From the NCBI GenBank assembly GCA_022571215.1, contig JACZYG010000014.1, positions 3,884 through 67,883 on the forward strand: a stretch of 64,000 bases of DNA, in the 5' to 3' direction. A model generated the notes under the pieces. That model saw only the letters and a list, made by a program, of their open reading frames with translations, made no database searches and was not told where the DNA came from. Shown here one piece after another: positions 55,072-64,000 of the stretch (its first letter is position 1; each line of letters starts with the position of its first letter). The DNA comes from Fidelibacterota bacterium (GTDB taxonomy: Bacteria; Fidelibacterota; SORT01). Both the position numbers and the translations under genes were made by a program.

Positions 55072-56408
55072 TAGATAAAATATTAGCGATAACAAAGATA
55101 CCGGAGCTTCGTAAAAGGATAATTTTTACGCTGCTCATTATCATCGCTTACCGGATAGGCGGGCACATTCCTATTCCGGGTATTGACAGTCAGGCGTTGG
55201 CGATAGCGGTACGTTCTCTCGCCAATACTCTGTTCGGACTCTACGATATGTTTGCGGGGGGCGCATTCGCGAAGGCTACCATCTTCGCTCTCGGTATCAT
55301 GCCCTATATCACGTCATCAATCATTATACAATTATTAGGCTCGGTAATACCTTACTTCCAAAAACTTCAGAAAGAAGGAGAAGAGGGAAGAAAGAAGATC
55401 ACCCAGCTGACGAGATACGGCACAGTGGCTATCGCAACGGTACAGTCTTACGGTATCGCCATCTATCTTATGGGGCTTCGCTCAAGCGCGGGGGGCGAGT
55501 CGCTGCCCGTTGTGCCGGGAGATCCAGGCGCGGGATTCATTATTACGTCTATGCTGACTCTCATCACGGGAACGGTAGTCATCATGTGGCTTGGCGAGCT
55601 CATCACGGAACGGGGAATAGGCAACGGTATCAGTCTTATCATCATGGTTGGAATCCTCGCTCGATTCCCGAACGTAGTTATCATCGAAGTTGATCTTGTT
55701 CGTGAAGAGGTGCGTGGAATATTCACGGAAGTCCTGCTCATTGGCTTGATGTTCATAATAGTCGCATTCGTTGTGCTGCTGACTCAGGGAACCCGGAAAA
55801 TACCCGTTCAATATGCGAAACGTGTCATAGGGCGGAAACAGTACGGCGGTCAAACTACGCATATTCCGTTAAAGGTAAATACCGCAGGCGTTATGCCCAT
55901 AATATTCGCTCAGTCAATAATGTTCGTTCCAAGCACCATAGCGACTATTTTTCCGAATACCGTATGGCTTCAGGATTATTTCCTCAGATATTTCTCTACC
56001 GATCATCCGTTCTATTGGTCGGTTTTCGGACTCATGATAGTGTTTTTCACCTATTTTTATACAGCAATAGCTTTCAATCCGATTGAAGTGGCGGACAATA
56101 TGAAAAAATCCGGCGGGTTCATCCCGGGTATCAGACCGGGTAAAAAAACGTCGGAATTCATTGACAACATTTTGACAAGAGTGACCCTCCCCGGCTCTTT
56201 TTTCTTAGCGTTCATAGCAATATTTCCGTATATACTGATGCAGATAACCGATGTGCAATACGATCTCGCTTCATTCTTCGGCGGAACAAGTCTGCTAATT
56301 ATCGTCGGTGTGGCGTTGGATACGCTCCAGCAAATCGAATCTCATCTCATCAGCAGGCACTATGACGGCTTCCTGAGAAGCGGCCGGATCAAAGGCAGGC
56401 GGAGGTAA
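55068..56408 (+). CDS. secY: Preprotein translocase subunit SecY
   Basis: FALGIMPYITSSII, GIGNGISL, IPGIRPG. Confidence 0.99.
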   Translation: MIDKILAITKIPELRKRIIFTLLIIIAYRIGGHIPIPGIDSQALAIAVRSLANTLFGLYDMFAGGAFAKATIFALGIMPYITSSIIIQLLGSVIPYFQKLQKEGEEGRKKITQLTRYGTVAIATVQSYGIAIYLMGLRSSAGGESLPVVPGDPGAGFIITSMLTLITGTVVIMWLGELITERGIGNGISLIIMVGILARFPNVVIIEVDLVREEVRGIFTEVLLIGLMFIIVAFVVLLTQGTRKIPVQYAKRVIGRKQYGGQTTHIPLKVNTAGVMPIIFAQSIMFVPSTIATIFPNTVWLQDYFLRYFSTDHPFYWSVFGLMIVFFTYFYTAIAFNPIEVADNMKKSGGFIPGIRPGKKTSEFIDNILTRVTLPGSFFLAFIAIFPYILMQITDVQYDLASFFGGTSLLIIVGVALDTLQQIESHLISRHYDGFLRSGRIKGRRR

Positions 56409-56415
56409 GAATTTC

Positions 56416-57189
56416 ATGGTTATCCTGAAGACAAAAGAAGAGATAGCGACCATCCGTGAAGCCGGTAAGATACTTTACGGCGCCATGCAGCTGGTGGAGG
56501 AAAAGATACAGCCGGGAATAACGACGGAAGAAATCGATCTGATTGTGGAAAATTATATAATTGAGCACGATGCGACCCCTTCGTTTAAAGGTTTTCAAGG
56601 ATTCCCGAGAAGCATTTGCACCTCTGTCGGTTCGCAGGTCGTTCACGGAATACCGGGCGACAGGGTTCTCAAAGCGGGGGAGATAGTAAGTATTGATATC
56701 GGCGTAAATAAAAACGGCTACCACTCCGATTCCGCGAAGACTTTTGTGCTCGGTGATGTAGACGATGAGGTTCGCCGCCTGGTTGATGTGACGGAGAAGG
56801 CTCTCTATCTCGGCATAGCGGAAGCCACAGTAGGAAACAATATCGGAGATATTTCACGCGCTATTCAAACACACGCCGAATCCAATGGATTCGCGGTAGT
56901 TAGACAATTAGTAGGGCATGGCCTCGGACGTTCTCTTCACGAAGATCCGAAGGTTCCGAACTTTGTTGAAAGAGATCCGGGGCCGGAGCTTGAAAAAGGA
57001 ATGGTGCTTGCGATAGAGCCGATGATCAACATGGAAGAAGTTGATGTGTTGACGGAACAAGACGGCTGGACGATAGTGACCAAAGACGGTAAACCGTCAG
57101 CGCATTTCGAACACACTATAGTAATACTGGAAACAGGTCCGAAGATACTGACGAACGGGACCTCTATCAATTGGGAGGACATAATTTAA
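56416..57189 (+). CDS. map: Methionine aminopeptidase type I
   Basis: VHGIP, GHGLG, AIEPM, SAHFEHT. Confidence 0.97.
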   Translation: MVILKTKEEIATIREAGKILYGAMQLVEEKIQPGITTEEIDLIVENYIIEHDATPSFKGFQGFPRSICTSVGSQVVHGIPGDRVLKAGEIVSIDIGVNKNGYHSDSAKTFVLGDVDDEVRRLVDVTEKALYLGIAEATVGNNIGDISRAIQTHAESNGFAVVRQLVGHGLGRSLHEDPKVPNFVERDPGPELEKGMVLAIEPMINMEEVDVLTEQDGWTIVTKDGKPSAHFEHTIVILETGPKILTNGTSINWEDII

Positions 57190-57408
57190 GTGGCGAAAGA
57201 ACCGGGCATAGAGGTTGAAGGCAAGATACTTGAAACGCTTCCGAACGCAACGTTCAAAGTGGAATTGGAGAACGGACATGAAGTTTTGGCTCACATATCG
57301 GGCAAGATGAGAATGCATTATATAAAAATACTACCGGGCGATAAGGTGACATTAGAATTATCACCCTATGACTTAACAAGAGGCAGGATAACTTATCGCC
57401 ATAAATAG
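57190..57408 (+). CDS. infA: Translation initiation factor IF-1
   Basis: [18 protein letters not shown]. Confidence 0.98.
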   Translation: MAKEPGIEVEGKILETLPNATFKVELENGHEVLAHISGKMRMHYIKILPGDKVTLELSPYDLTRGRITYRHK

Positions 57409-57420
57409 GCGGATGGAATT

Positions 57421-57534
57421 ATGAAAGTTAGAGCATCGGTTAAAAAGATCTGTGACAACTGTAAAGTGATCAAACGTAAAGGCGTTGTGCGGGTCATCTG
57501 CAGCAACCCAAAGCATAAGCAGCGTCAAGGATAA
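57421..57534 (+). CDS. rpmJ: 50S ribosomal protein L36 (not in the ORF track)
   Basis: [37 protein letters not shown]. Confidence 0.97.
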   Translation: MKVRASVKKICDNCKVIKRKGVVRVICSNPKHKQRQG

Positions 57535-57538
57535 ACAA

Positions 57539-57562
57539 CCAGCCCGACATTAGTCTGGCAGG
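57539..57562. repeat. 24-bp mini-element just upstream of the rpsM RBS
   Basis: CCAGCCCGACATTAGTCTGGCAGG; homologous to 121-144 (reverse strand) and 20881-20904. Confidence 0.75.
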
Positions 57563-57573
57563 GAGGAAAAGAT

Positions 57574-57951
57574 TTGGCACGAATTGCCGGCGTAGACATA
57601 CCGCGTGAGAAGAAGATATGGATAGCGCTTACCTATCTGTTCGGGATCGGTAGGACGAGGTCGTATAAGATTTTAGAGATCGCAGGCGTTGATCCTGAGG
57701 TGAGAACAAACACTCTGGACGACGCTACGATTGCGAGGATCAGAGAGATAATCTCAGACAATTATGTCATTGAAGGCGCGCTGCGAACAGATAGGACGAT
57801 GAACATCAAACGGCTGATGGACATCGGCAGTTACAGAGGCTTACGCCACCGCAGAGGATTGCCTGTTCACGGACAGCGGACAAGCACCAATGCCCGTACG
57901 CGTAAAGGCAAAAAACGAGCTGTCGCCGGTAAGAAAAAGGTGATGAAATAA
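57574..57951 (+). CDS. rpsM: 30S ribosomal protein S13
   Basis: MARIAGVD, YRGLRH..GQRT. Confidence 0.98.
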   Translation: MARIAGVDIPREKKIWIALTYLFGIGRTRSYKILEIAGVDPEVRTNTLDDATIARIREIISDNYVIEGALRTDRTMNIKRLMDIGSYRGLRHRRGLPVHGQRTSTNARTRKGKKRAVAGKKKVMK

Positions 57952-58000
57952 TGCAGAGTGAATTAATATTTGAATCAGAAACGCCGTTTGAAAGAGAAGA

Positions 58001-58028
58001 TGCGGTCGGGGCAAGCCCCAACTCGCAC
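58001..58028. repeat. Family C hairpin in the rpsM-rpsK spacer
   Basis: TGCGGTCGGGGCAAGCCCCAACTCGCAC. Confidence 0.7.
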
Positions 58029-58096
58029 ATAGAGCTGTCAGGATTAAAAAAGAGTCTCTTTAGCACACCAAACCATCACAATTTTAGGAGGTAACA

Positions 58097-58489
58097 TTGG
58101 CTGCCCCGAAGAAAAGCCGAAAGAAAAAGAAAAGATCTAAGGTAGACGCCAACGGTATCGCGCACGTTAAGGCTACCTACAATAACACCATCGTTACATT
58201 GACCGATATATACGGAAATGTAATATCGTGGGCTTCAGCAGGACGCGCGGGATATAAGGGTTCACGAAAGAATACACCGTTTGCGGCTCAGCTTGCCGGC
58301 GAAATGGCGGCAAAAGAAGCAATGGAGCTCGGGCTAGTGAGGGTAGAGGTGAGAGTCAAGGGACCGGGAGGCGGACGAGAATCGGCGATCAGATCGCTGC
58401 AAGCAACCGGGCTTGAAATTATTGCCATCAAAGATGTAACTCCTATTCCACATAACGGTTGCCGTCCTCCTAAACGGCGAAGAGTATAG
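58097..58489 (+). CDS. rpsK: 30S ribosomal protein S11
   Basis: [18 protein letters not shown]. Confidence 0.98.
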   Translation: MAAPKKSRKKKKRSKVDANGIAHVKATYNNTIVTLTDIYGNVISWASAGRAGYKGSRKNTPFAAQLAGEMAAKEAMELGLVRVEVRVKGPGGGRESAIRSLQATGLEIIAIKDVTPIPHNGCRPPKRRRV

Positions 58490-58496
58490 GAGAAGA

Positions 58497-59126
58497 ATGG
58501 GTAGATACATAGGACCGGTTTGTAAGTTATGCCGCAGGGAAAAAGAAAAACTCTTCCTTAAAGGCTCGAAATGCACAACATCAAAATGTCCGTTGGAGAA
58601 ACGGGGCTATGTGCCCGGTCAACACGGGCAGAACAGGAGGAGCAGATTATCCGATTACGGCGTTCAGCTCCGTGAGAAACAGAAGATAAAAAGAATTTAC
58701 GGACTGTTCGAGAAGCAGTTCAGGAATTATTATAAAAAAGCCGACAGGATGAAGGGTATCACAGGCAACAATCTCATTCTTTTACTCGAAAGAAGGCTTG
58801 ATAACATAGTTTACAGGCTCGGATTTGCTCCATCACGCAAAGCGGCGAGACAACTCATTACTCACCGTCACTTCAACGTGAACGGAGGGGTAGTGAATAT
58901 CCCGTCATATATCACGAACGAAGGCGACCTCATTGAGGTTCGCGATAAAGCAAAGAAGATGGAGGTGATACATGCCTCCATGAGAAGGATAAAAGCGGAA
59001 AACGCCACTCCCTGGCTCGAATTGGATAAAGCCAACATGCTCGGAAAGGTAATCGAAATTCCCGAGAGAGAGCAGATACCGCTTGAAGCTAAAGAACATT
59101 TGGTAGTCGAACTTTACTCAAAGTAG
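58497..59126 (+). CDS. rpsD: 30S ribosomal protein S4
   Basis: CKLCRRE, LERRLDN, VELYSK. Confidence 0.98.
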   Translation: MGRYIGPVCKLCRREKEKLFLKGSKCTTSKCPLEKRGYVPGQHGQNRRSRLSDYGVQLREKQKIKRIYGLFEKQFRNYYKKADRMKGITGNNLILLLERRLDNIVYRLGFAPSRKAARQLITHRHFNVNGGVVNIPSYITNEGDLIEVRDKAKKMEVIHASMRRIKAENATPWLELDKANMLGKVIEIPEREQIPLEAKEHLVVELYSK

Positions 59127-59143
59127 CATAGGAAAATAAATTA

Positions 59144-60130
59144 ATGAATAAGATCAATGTAAGAATGCCCGAAGCCGTAGTAGTGGATGAATCCACATAT
59201 ACCGCAACAAGCGGAGAACTTTCATTAGGGCCGTTAGAGAAGGGATACGGACTTACGCTCGGTAATTCACTGAGAAGAGTCCTCCTGAACGCCATTCCGG
59301 GAGCAGCCATCACATCGTTTAAGATTGAGGGCGTAAACCATGAATTCACCACTATCGAAGGTGTCACGGAAGACGTATCGGAAATGATACTCAACATGAA
59401 AGAGGTCAAGGTCAAGATGATCGAAGGTACGGTAGATAAGGTCACCTTGGAACTGAAAGGACCGGGAAAATTCACCGCCGGCGACATACAGAAAGTATCC
59501 ACAAATTTAGAGGTGTTGAATCCTAAGCATCACATCGCAACGCTCAACGAAGATGCCGATTTTTCAATCGAGTTCAGGTTCGAGGTCGGAAGAGGATATT
59601 CTCCGGCTGATAAGAATAAGATTCCTGATACGCCGATAGGCACCATCTTCATAGATGCGATCTTTACTCCGGTGAAGTCCGTGAATTACGAGATCTCTCC
59701 CGCGAGAGTCGAAGGCGCGACAGACTTCGAAAAACTCACGCTCGATGTTGAAACAGACGGCAGCATCACTCCTGACGATGCGGTCAGTCAGGCGGCAAAG
59801 ATTTTAAGGGATCATCTGAATCTGTTCATCACCAACGAAGGCGAGAACAGATATGAAGAGCCGAGCGAAAAAGAAGAAGACCTCGCCCGTACCAAGAAAC
59901 AGCTCCAGCGCAGCATTGATGAGCTGGAACTCTCCGTACGTTCTCATAACTGTCTTAAAGCGGCGGAGATAAACACTTTAGGCGATCTGGTTTCAAAAAG
60001 TGAGGCGGAGATGCTGAAATTCAAGAATTTCGGAAGGAAATCACTCCTCGAACTTCAGCAAAAATTAGGCGAACTCGGACTCAACTTCGACATGGATGTG
60101 CAACATTACATCGGTGAAGAGAACTTTTAA
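59144..60130 (+). CDS. rpoA: RNA polymerase alpha subunit
   Basis: PLEKGYGLTLGNSLRR, LSVRSHNCL, NFGRKSL. Confidence 0.98.
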   Translation: MNKINVRMPEAVVVDESTYTATSGELSLGPLEKGYGLTLGNSLRRVLLNAIPGAAITSFKIEGVNHEFTTIEGVTEDVSEMILNMKEVKVKMIEGTVDKVTLELKGPGKFTAGDIQKVSTNLEVLNPKHHIATLNEDADFSIEFRFEVGRGYSPADKNKIPDTPIGTIFIDAIFTPVKSVNYEISPARVEGATDFEKLTLDVETDGSITPDDAVSQAAKILRDHLNLFITNEGENRYEEPSEKEEDLARTKKQLQRSIDELELSVRSHNCLKAAEINTLGDLVSKSEAEMLKFKNFGRKSLLELQQKLGELGLNFDMDVQHYIGEENF

Positions 60131-60132
60131 AG

Positions 60133-60564
60133 ATGAGACATAGGCTCAAAAAAAATAAGCTCAACAGAACGACAAGCCACAGAAAAGCGATGTTGAACAA
60201 TATGGTGGCTTCTCTCTTCGAGCATAAACAGATAAAGACCACCCACGCCAAGGCAAAAGAGGCGAGGAAACTCGCCGAACGTTTGATCACTTTCGCTAAA
60301 AAAGGCGATCTTGCCGCAAGGCGCCGTGTCCTCAGGTTCATTCCCAATAAAGCGCTGGTGCGTGAGCTGTTTGACGAAATCGCTCCGGTCTATACAGAAC
60401 GGAACGGCGGATACACGCGTGTACTGAAACTCGGCTATCGTCAGGGTGACAGCGCTGACATGTCACTGCTCGAACTGGTAGATATTAAAAAAACCGTTAT
60501 AGAGAAGAAAGAGAAGAAGGAAGGAATTGCGGATAAACTGAGAAAAGCGCGTTCAGGAGGTTAA
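60133..60564 (+). CDS. rplQ: 50S ribosomal protein L17
   Basis: MRH, RNGGYTR. Confidence 0.98.
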   Translation: MRHRLKKNKLNRTTSHRKAMLNNMVASLFEHKQIKTTHAKAKEARKLAERLITFAKKGDLAARRRVLRFIPNKALVRELFDEIAPVYTERNGGYTRVLKLGYRQGDSADMSLLELVDIKKTVIEKKEKKEGIADKLRKARSGG

Positions 60565-60592
60565 GCAGGAATTCAATACCTTTCCTAAACGC

Positions 60593-61780
60593 ATGGTCTA
60601 TATCCTATTAGGACATCTGAAAGGCAGCCTGAAACGGTTGCCTTTTCTTTTGCTTACGCTGTTCTTCAGCCACTTGAGCACGCTCGCCCAAAATACTGAA
60701 CGAGAACCGATAAAAGCTTTTTGGGTCATAAGAGACAGGCTCACTACAAAGAAGAGCGTCGAGGAAATCGTGGAGACGGCGAAAAATCATGGATTCAACC
60801 ATCTGTTCGCGCAGGTCAGAGGCAGGGGTGACGCATATTACAACAGCGAAATAGTGATGAGATCTCCTCTTATACAGGGCAGAAAATTTAATCCCCTCAA
60901 AGAACTGCTCACGCTGGCGCACAAGGAGAATATCAAGGTGCACGCCTGGGTGAACGTTTACCTGCTCTGGAGCTCGGAGAAGAAACCTAAATCCAAAAAC
61001 CATCTGCTCAATCAGCATCCGGAGTGGACAGCGCGAGCTTATGGCGATGTAGTAGACGCTAAAAAGACACACCGGCAATTCAAACTGCAAGGCACGGAAG
61101 GTGTTTACCTGTCGCCCGGACATCCGGAAGTTTCGAAATACCTCTTAGCGGTATTCAGAGAACTTATTGAAGAATACGACATTGACGGACTGCATCTCGA
61201 CTATGTACGATATCCGGGTCCTGAATACGGTTTCAACCAGGCGGCTATGAACAGTTTTAGAGAAGAGACGGGCGTTGACCCGGAGATTTTCATAGAAAAC
61301 GGCGAAGAAATCTCCAATATAGTCGGCAAGGAGAGCGTCGAAGCGTTCCAGCGTCAGTGGAAAAACTTCAAACTTCGAAGCATATCCAATCTCGTTATCA
61401 GCACAAGAAATCTGATAAAAGCATCGGGTAAGAAGCTGCTCCTCACGGCAGCCGTAAAACCTAATCCCGTCTCCGCGCGCGAACAGAACTATCAAAACTG
61501 GGTCAGATGGGTCATGGGAGGTACGCTCGACTATGCCGTGCCGATGAACTATAACGCCGATATCAGGGAATTCACTCAGAACTTGGAATCAATACTGACG
61601 CTCGTGCCACCGGGAAAATTGATCATGGGTATCGGCGCGTTCAACCAAAACCACTTCGACGTCGAAAGCAAGATCTACAAATCTAAATCAGAAGGGATCA
61701 GAGATTTCATCTTCTTCTCATATAACGAGCTGCACAATGAAGAAAAATATGTCAAGGCGATACGAAGGGCGTTGGAGTAA
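60593..61780 (+). CDS. Secreted glycosyl hydrolase-like 10 (DUF187-type) protein
   Basis: QVRGRGDAYY, VHAW, DGLHLDYVRYP, PMNY. Confidence 0.8.
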   Translation: MVYILLGHLKGSLKRLPFLLLTLFFSHLSTLAQNTEREPIKAFWVIRDRLTTKKSVEEIVETAKNHGFNHLFAQVRGRGDAYYNSEIVMRSPLIQGRKFNPLKELLTLAHKENIKVHAWVNVYLLWSSEKKPKSKNHLLNQHPEWTARAYGDVVDAKKTHRQFKLQGTEGVYLSPGHPEVSKYLLAVFRELIEEYDIDGLHLDYVRYPGPEYGFNQAAMNSFREETGVDPEIFIENGEEISNIVGKESVEAFQRQWKNFKLRSISNLVISTRNLIKASGKKLLLTAAVKPNPVSAREQNYQNWVRWVMGGTLDYAVPMNYNADIREFTQNLESILTLVPPGKLIMGIGAFNQNHFDVESKIYKSKSEGIRDFIFFSYNELHNEEKYVKAIRRALE

Positions 61781-61819
61781 GCAGCTCATAGCTGATAGTG
61801 AAAGTAATTTTATGATGAT

Positions 61820-61888
61820 GTGCGGCTCAGAGCAAACCCTGACCGCACAATATATTTGATTTAACGTCGGGGCAAACCCCAACTGCCA
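61820..61888. repeat. Two family C hairpins
   Basis: GTGCGG..CCCTGACCGCAC; CGTCGGGG..CCCCAACTGCC. Confidence 0.7.
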
Positions 61889-61923
61889 TGCAATTCTAAT
61901 TTTGGATTATATTTTATGATCAT
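61861..61923 (-). pseudogene. Truncated tandem copy of the DUF559 gene (5' end only)
   Basis: MIIKYNPKLEL with the same upstream sequence as the intact gene, offset by 498 bp. Confidence 0.8.
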
Positions 61924-61943
61924 AATATCGTTCCATTTGTGAT

Positions 61944-62052
61944 ATCACACCCCTCGTCCGGCAGCTGCCGGACACTCCCCTCAAGGGGAGAGGGTCCCAT
62001 ATCTCCTCCCTAGAGGGAGGTGTCATCCCGATTTATCGGGAGAGGGTGTCAT
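61944..62052. repeat. Family B doublet downstream of the DUF559 gene
   Basis: Four hairpins; direct repeat of 62442-62544. Confidence 0.9.
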
Positions 62053-62064
62053 CGTCGAGAATTA

Positions 62065-62421
62065 TCATTGATTCTTATCAATCCAATCTTTGATTGATAT
62101 GAGCACCGCATCCAAATTATGCTTCACATCCGAATCGCTAAATCTTAATAGTGTCAAAGATAAAGATTGAAGGAAATCTTGTCTAATATTATCACTGTCT
62201 ATTTTAAAGTCATGGGTAATTCCGTCAATTTCGATAATCAAATTCAACTTCGGAGCAAAGAAATCAACTATATAATTTCCGATAGGTTTTTGTCTCTTAA
62301 AAGCATATCCTATCAGTTTTTTATTTTTTAGTTCATTCCATAAATAAATCTCTGTTTTAGTTGAATTCTTCCTAAGTTTGCGGGCAATTAGTTTTAGTTT
62401 TGGATTATATTTGATAATCAT
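62065..62421 (-). CDS. DUF559 / Vsr-like endonuclease domain protein
   Basis: ARKLRKNSTKTE..LW, FKRQKPIGNYIVDF, IEIDG..H, LRF; AT-rich. Confidence 0.9.
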   Translation of the reverse strand: MIIKYNPKLKLIARKLRKNSTKTEIYLWNELKNKKLIGYAFKRQKPIGNYIVDFFAPKLNLIIEIDGITHDFKIDSDNIRQDFLQSLSLTLLRFSDSDVKHNLDAVLISIKDWIDKNQ

Positions 62422-62441
62422 AATATCGTTCCTTTTGTGAT

Positions 62442-62544
62442 ATCACACCCCTCGTCCACCAAATGGCGGACACTCCCCTCAAGGGGAGAGGATTCCCTGT
62501 CTCCTCCCTCGAGGGAGGTGTCACAGTGTGACGGAGGGTGTGAT
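62442..62544. repeat. Family B doublet upstream of the DUF559 gene
   Basis: ATCACACCC..GGGTGTGAT termini with four internal hairpins. Confidence 0.9.
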
Positions 62545-62985
62545 TGTTGTAATGCTTTATGTTTCATTTTAAATGAAAATATAATGACCAAACTATAATG
62601 ATTGAAAATATTGAGAAAAGCCATTCAATATAGGATTCATAAAGAGCAACCCGAAAACTAATTTCCTCATTTTTCTCCAATGACCGTTCTTATTTTAAAT
62701 TAGCAGCATAATTTATAAGATTATGGATTATAATTCCGGTAAATAAAAAACTAATTAAAAGATTAAACTCCGATGTCTTTTCATTCTTATCAATAAAATA
62801 AGGAGTAAATTGCAGGGAGTAATATGCAAATATTCCTATAAAAATTCTTCAACGGTTATTGACGTAAGATAGAATACCTGGATATATACGACCTTTCAAA
62901 ATTAACTTATTCATACTAAGCTCAAGTTTATCAGACAATTGCAGCCTCCAATCAGGTTTTGTTTATCATACCATACCATTGAAAA

Positions 62986-63588
62986 TCAACCATCAAAGCT
63001 TTCCCGTCCTTCGGTGAAGAGGATGACGCGGCGGAACTTCGTGCCGGGGGGGTCTTCGATATAGTTTGCCCAGCATTCCATCTCGCTGTTACGGCGGTGA
63101 ATCCGCTTACGTTGTTTGAGGCAGCGCTTGACGGTCTCGAACTCAAAATCCTGAAGCGGGATCTTTCCCTCACGGTTCATCAGCGGGGAGATTATGCGCA
63201 CCGTCATGTGGTAGTTATCAAAGATCGTCAGGACGGCATCCCGGTGTTTCAGGCATTGACGGGCTATGACCTCATATGAGCAGTGCGGAAATTCCTCTTT
63301 TAGAGCATCAAGCGGTTCGTATGCGAGTCCGCGGAGTTCGGCGGGGTCAAGGAGCAGGTCTGCCGCGAAGAGATTCGCTTCCTCCTCCTGCTGCCATGTC
63401 TGTTCCGATTCGTTGAGGTGGTTGTGAACATAATGACCGATCTCATGCGCGATAGTGAAATTTTGGCGTTCGGGACGGTCGTTCTTGTTTATGAGGATGA
63501 GTTTCAACCCGCTCCGGACGGAGACACAGCCGCGAAGGCGGTCGTCAAGGTCAACACTGAGAAGAGTGAAGCCGTACTCTTCGGCTAT
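62986..63588 (-). CDS. ImmA/IrrE-family zinc metallopeptidase (start uncertain: ATA 63588 or TTG 63507)
   Basis: RQNFTIAHEIGH and EEEANLFAADLL motifs. Confidence 0.85.
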   Translation of the reverse strand: MAEEYGFTLLSVDLDDRLRGCVSVRSGLKLILINKNDRPERQNFTIAHEIGHYVHNHLNESEQTWQQEEEANLFAADLLLDPAELRGLAYEPLDALKEEFPHCSYEVIARQCLKHRDAVLTIFDNYHMTVRIISPLMNREGKIPLQDFEFETVKRCLKQRKRIHRRNSEMECWANYIEDPPGTKFRRVILFTEGRESFDG

Positions 63589-64000
63589 TTTTTGCCCGAA
63601 GTCCGTTCTTCTTTAAGGTTTTCTCTGAACGCGTGGAGCATGTTACGCAGACTCCTTTCGGAAACCTTCTCCAGTTTGCTTCCCCTGCTGTAGAGACTCA
63701 GCAAAAATGCCTTGTCATCTTCGTCTATGTTTTCCGTTTTCATATTCTTTAAAATATATTCTTCAACAGAGAGGGGATTACGAGCGTATGACGGGTCATG
63801 TTGAATGTTATTATCGCTTAATTCGGTTGTCAGGTTGTCGGCGAATCCTTTTATGAGAAACTGATCGGGATTAATTGTCACACCAACCCATTTGCTTACA
63901 AGCAGGGCGATAGTCGAGAGGGTATTCGGTTTCATCGCCCTTCCGAGCACCCATTCGCTGACCGTTTGATTTGTTACGCCGATTTCCTTCGCAAAAACTT
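63585..64000 (-). CDS. XRE/Cro-C1 HTH regulator; 5' end lies beyond the window
   Basis: Frame is open to the edge: VFAKEIGVTNQTVSEWVLG helix-turn-helix. Confidence 0.75.
   Translation of the reverse strand, partial: VFAKEIGVTNQTVSEWVLGRAMKPNTLSTIALLVSKWVGVTINPDQFLIKGFADNLTTELSDNNIQHDPSYARNPLSVEEYILKNMKTENIDEDDKAFLLSLYSRGSKLEKVSERSLRNMLHAFRENLKEERTSGKK

Noticed and set aside
61820-62544. Integron cassette reading of the DUF559 unit
   Set aside because: The flanking hairpins lack RYYYAAC/GTTRRRY boxes and no integrase is visible.
62625-62950. AT-rich stretch that might be a gene remnant
   Set aside because: Frames are interrupted and I recognise no motif.

Overview
Mostly bacterial core genome, probably from an FCB-superphylum lineage (Marinimicrobia-like; inferred from gene order and protein style only). 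The window holds: (1) a SPOR lipoprotein gene and rpmB; (2) the dcw cluster on the minus strand (mraZ to ftsZ), with murG split at an A10 run; (3) an accessory stretch from about 19 to 27.5 kb with an IS621-like IS110 element, arfB, a PAS hybrid kinase, and TerB-like and HU-like genes; (4) the tRNA-tuf-rpmG-secE-nusG-rplKAJL-rpoBC-str-S10-spc-alpha superoperon; (5) a GHL10 gene, a DUF559 nuclease gene and an XRE/ImmA-like pair. Two signals stand out. First, the IS110 ends, CT core, junction promoter and bridge-RNA guides can be read directly, and the guides match both its own ends and its insertion site, which lies inside a palindromic repeat. Second, several families of REP-like palindromes fill the intergenic space. 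One family bounds an intact DUF559 gene, a truncated tandem copy, a decayed copy inside the tRNA cluster and gene-less copies. This suggests a palindrome-bounded mobile element that carries DUF559, with exchangeable 14-bp hairpin tips and 22-27 bp mini-insertions. All calls come from reading the sequence; no searches were run.
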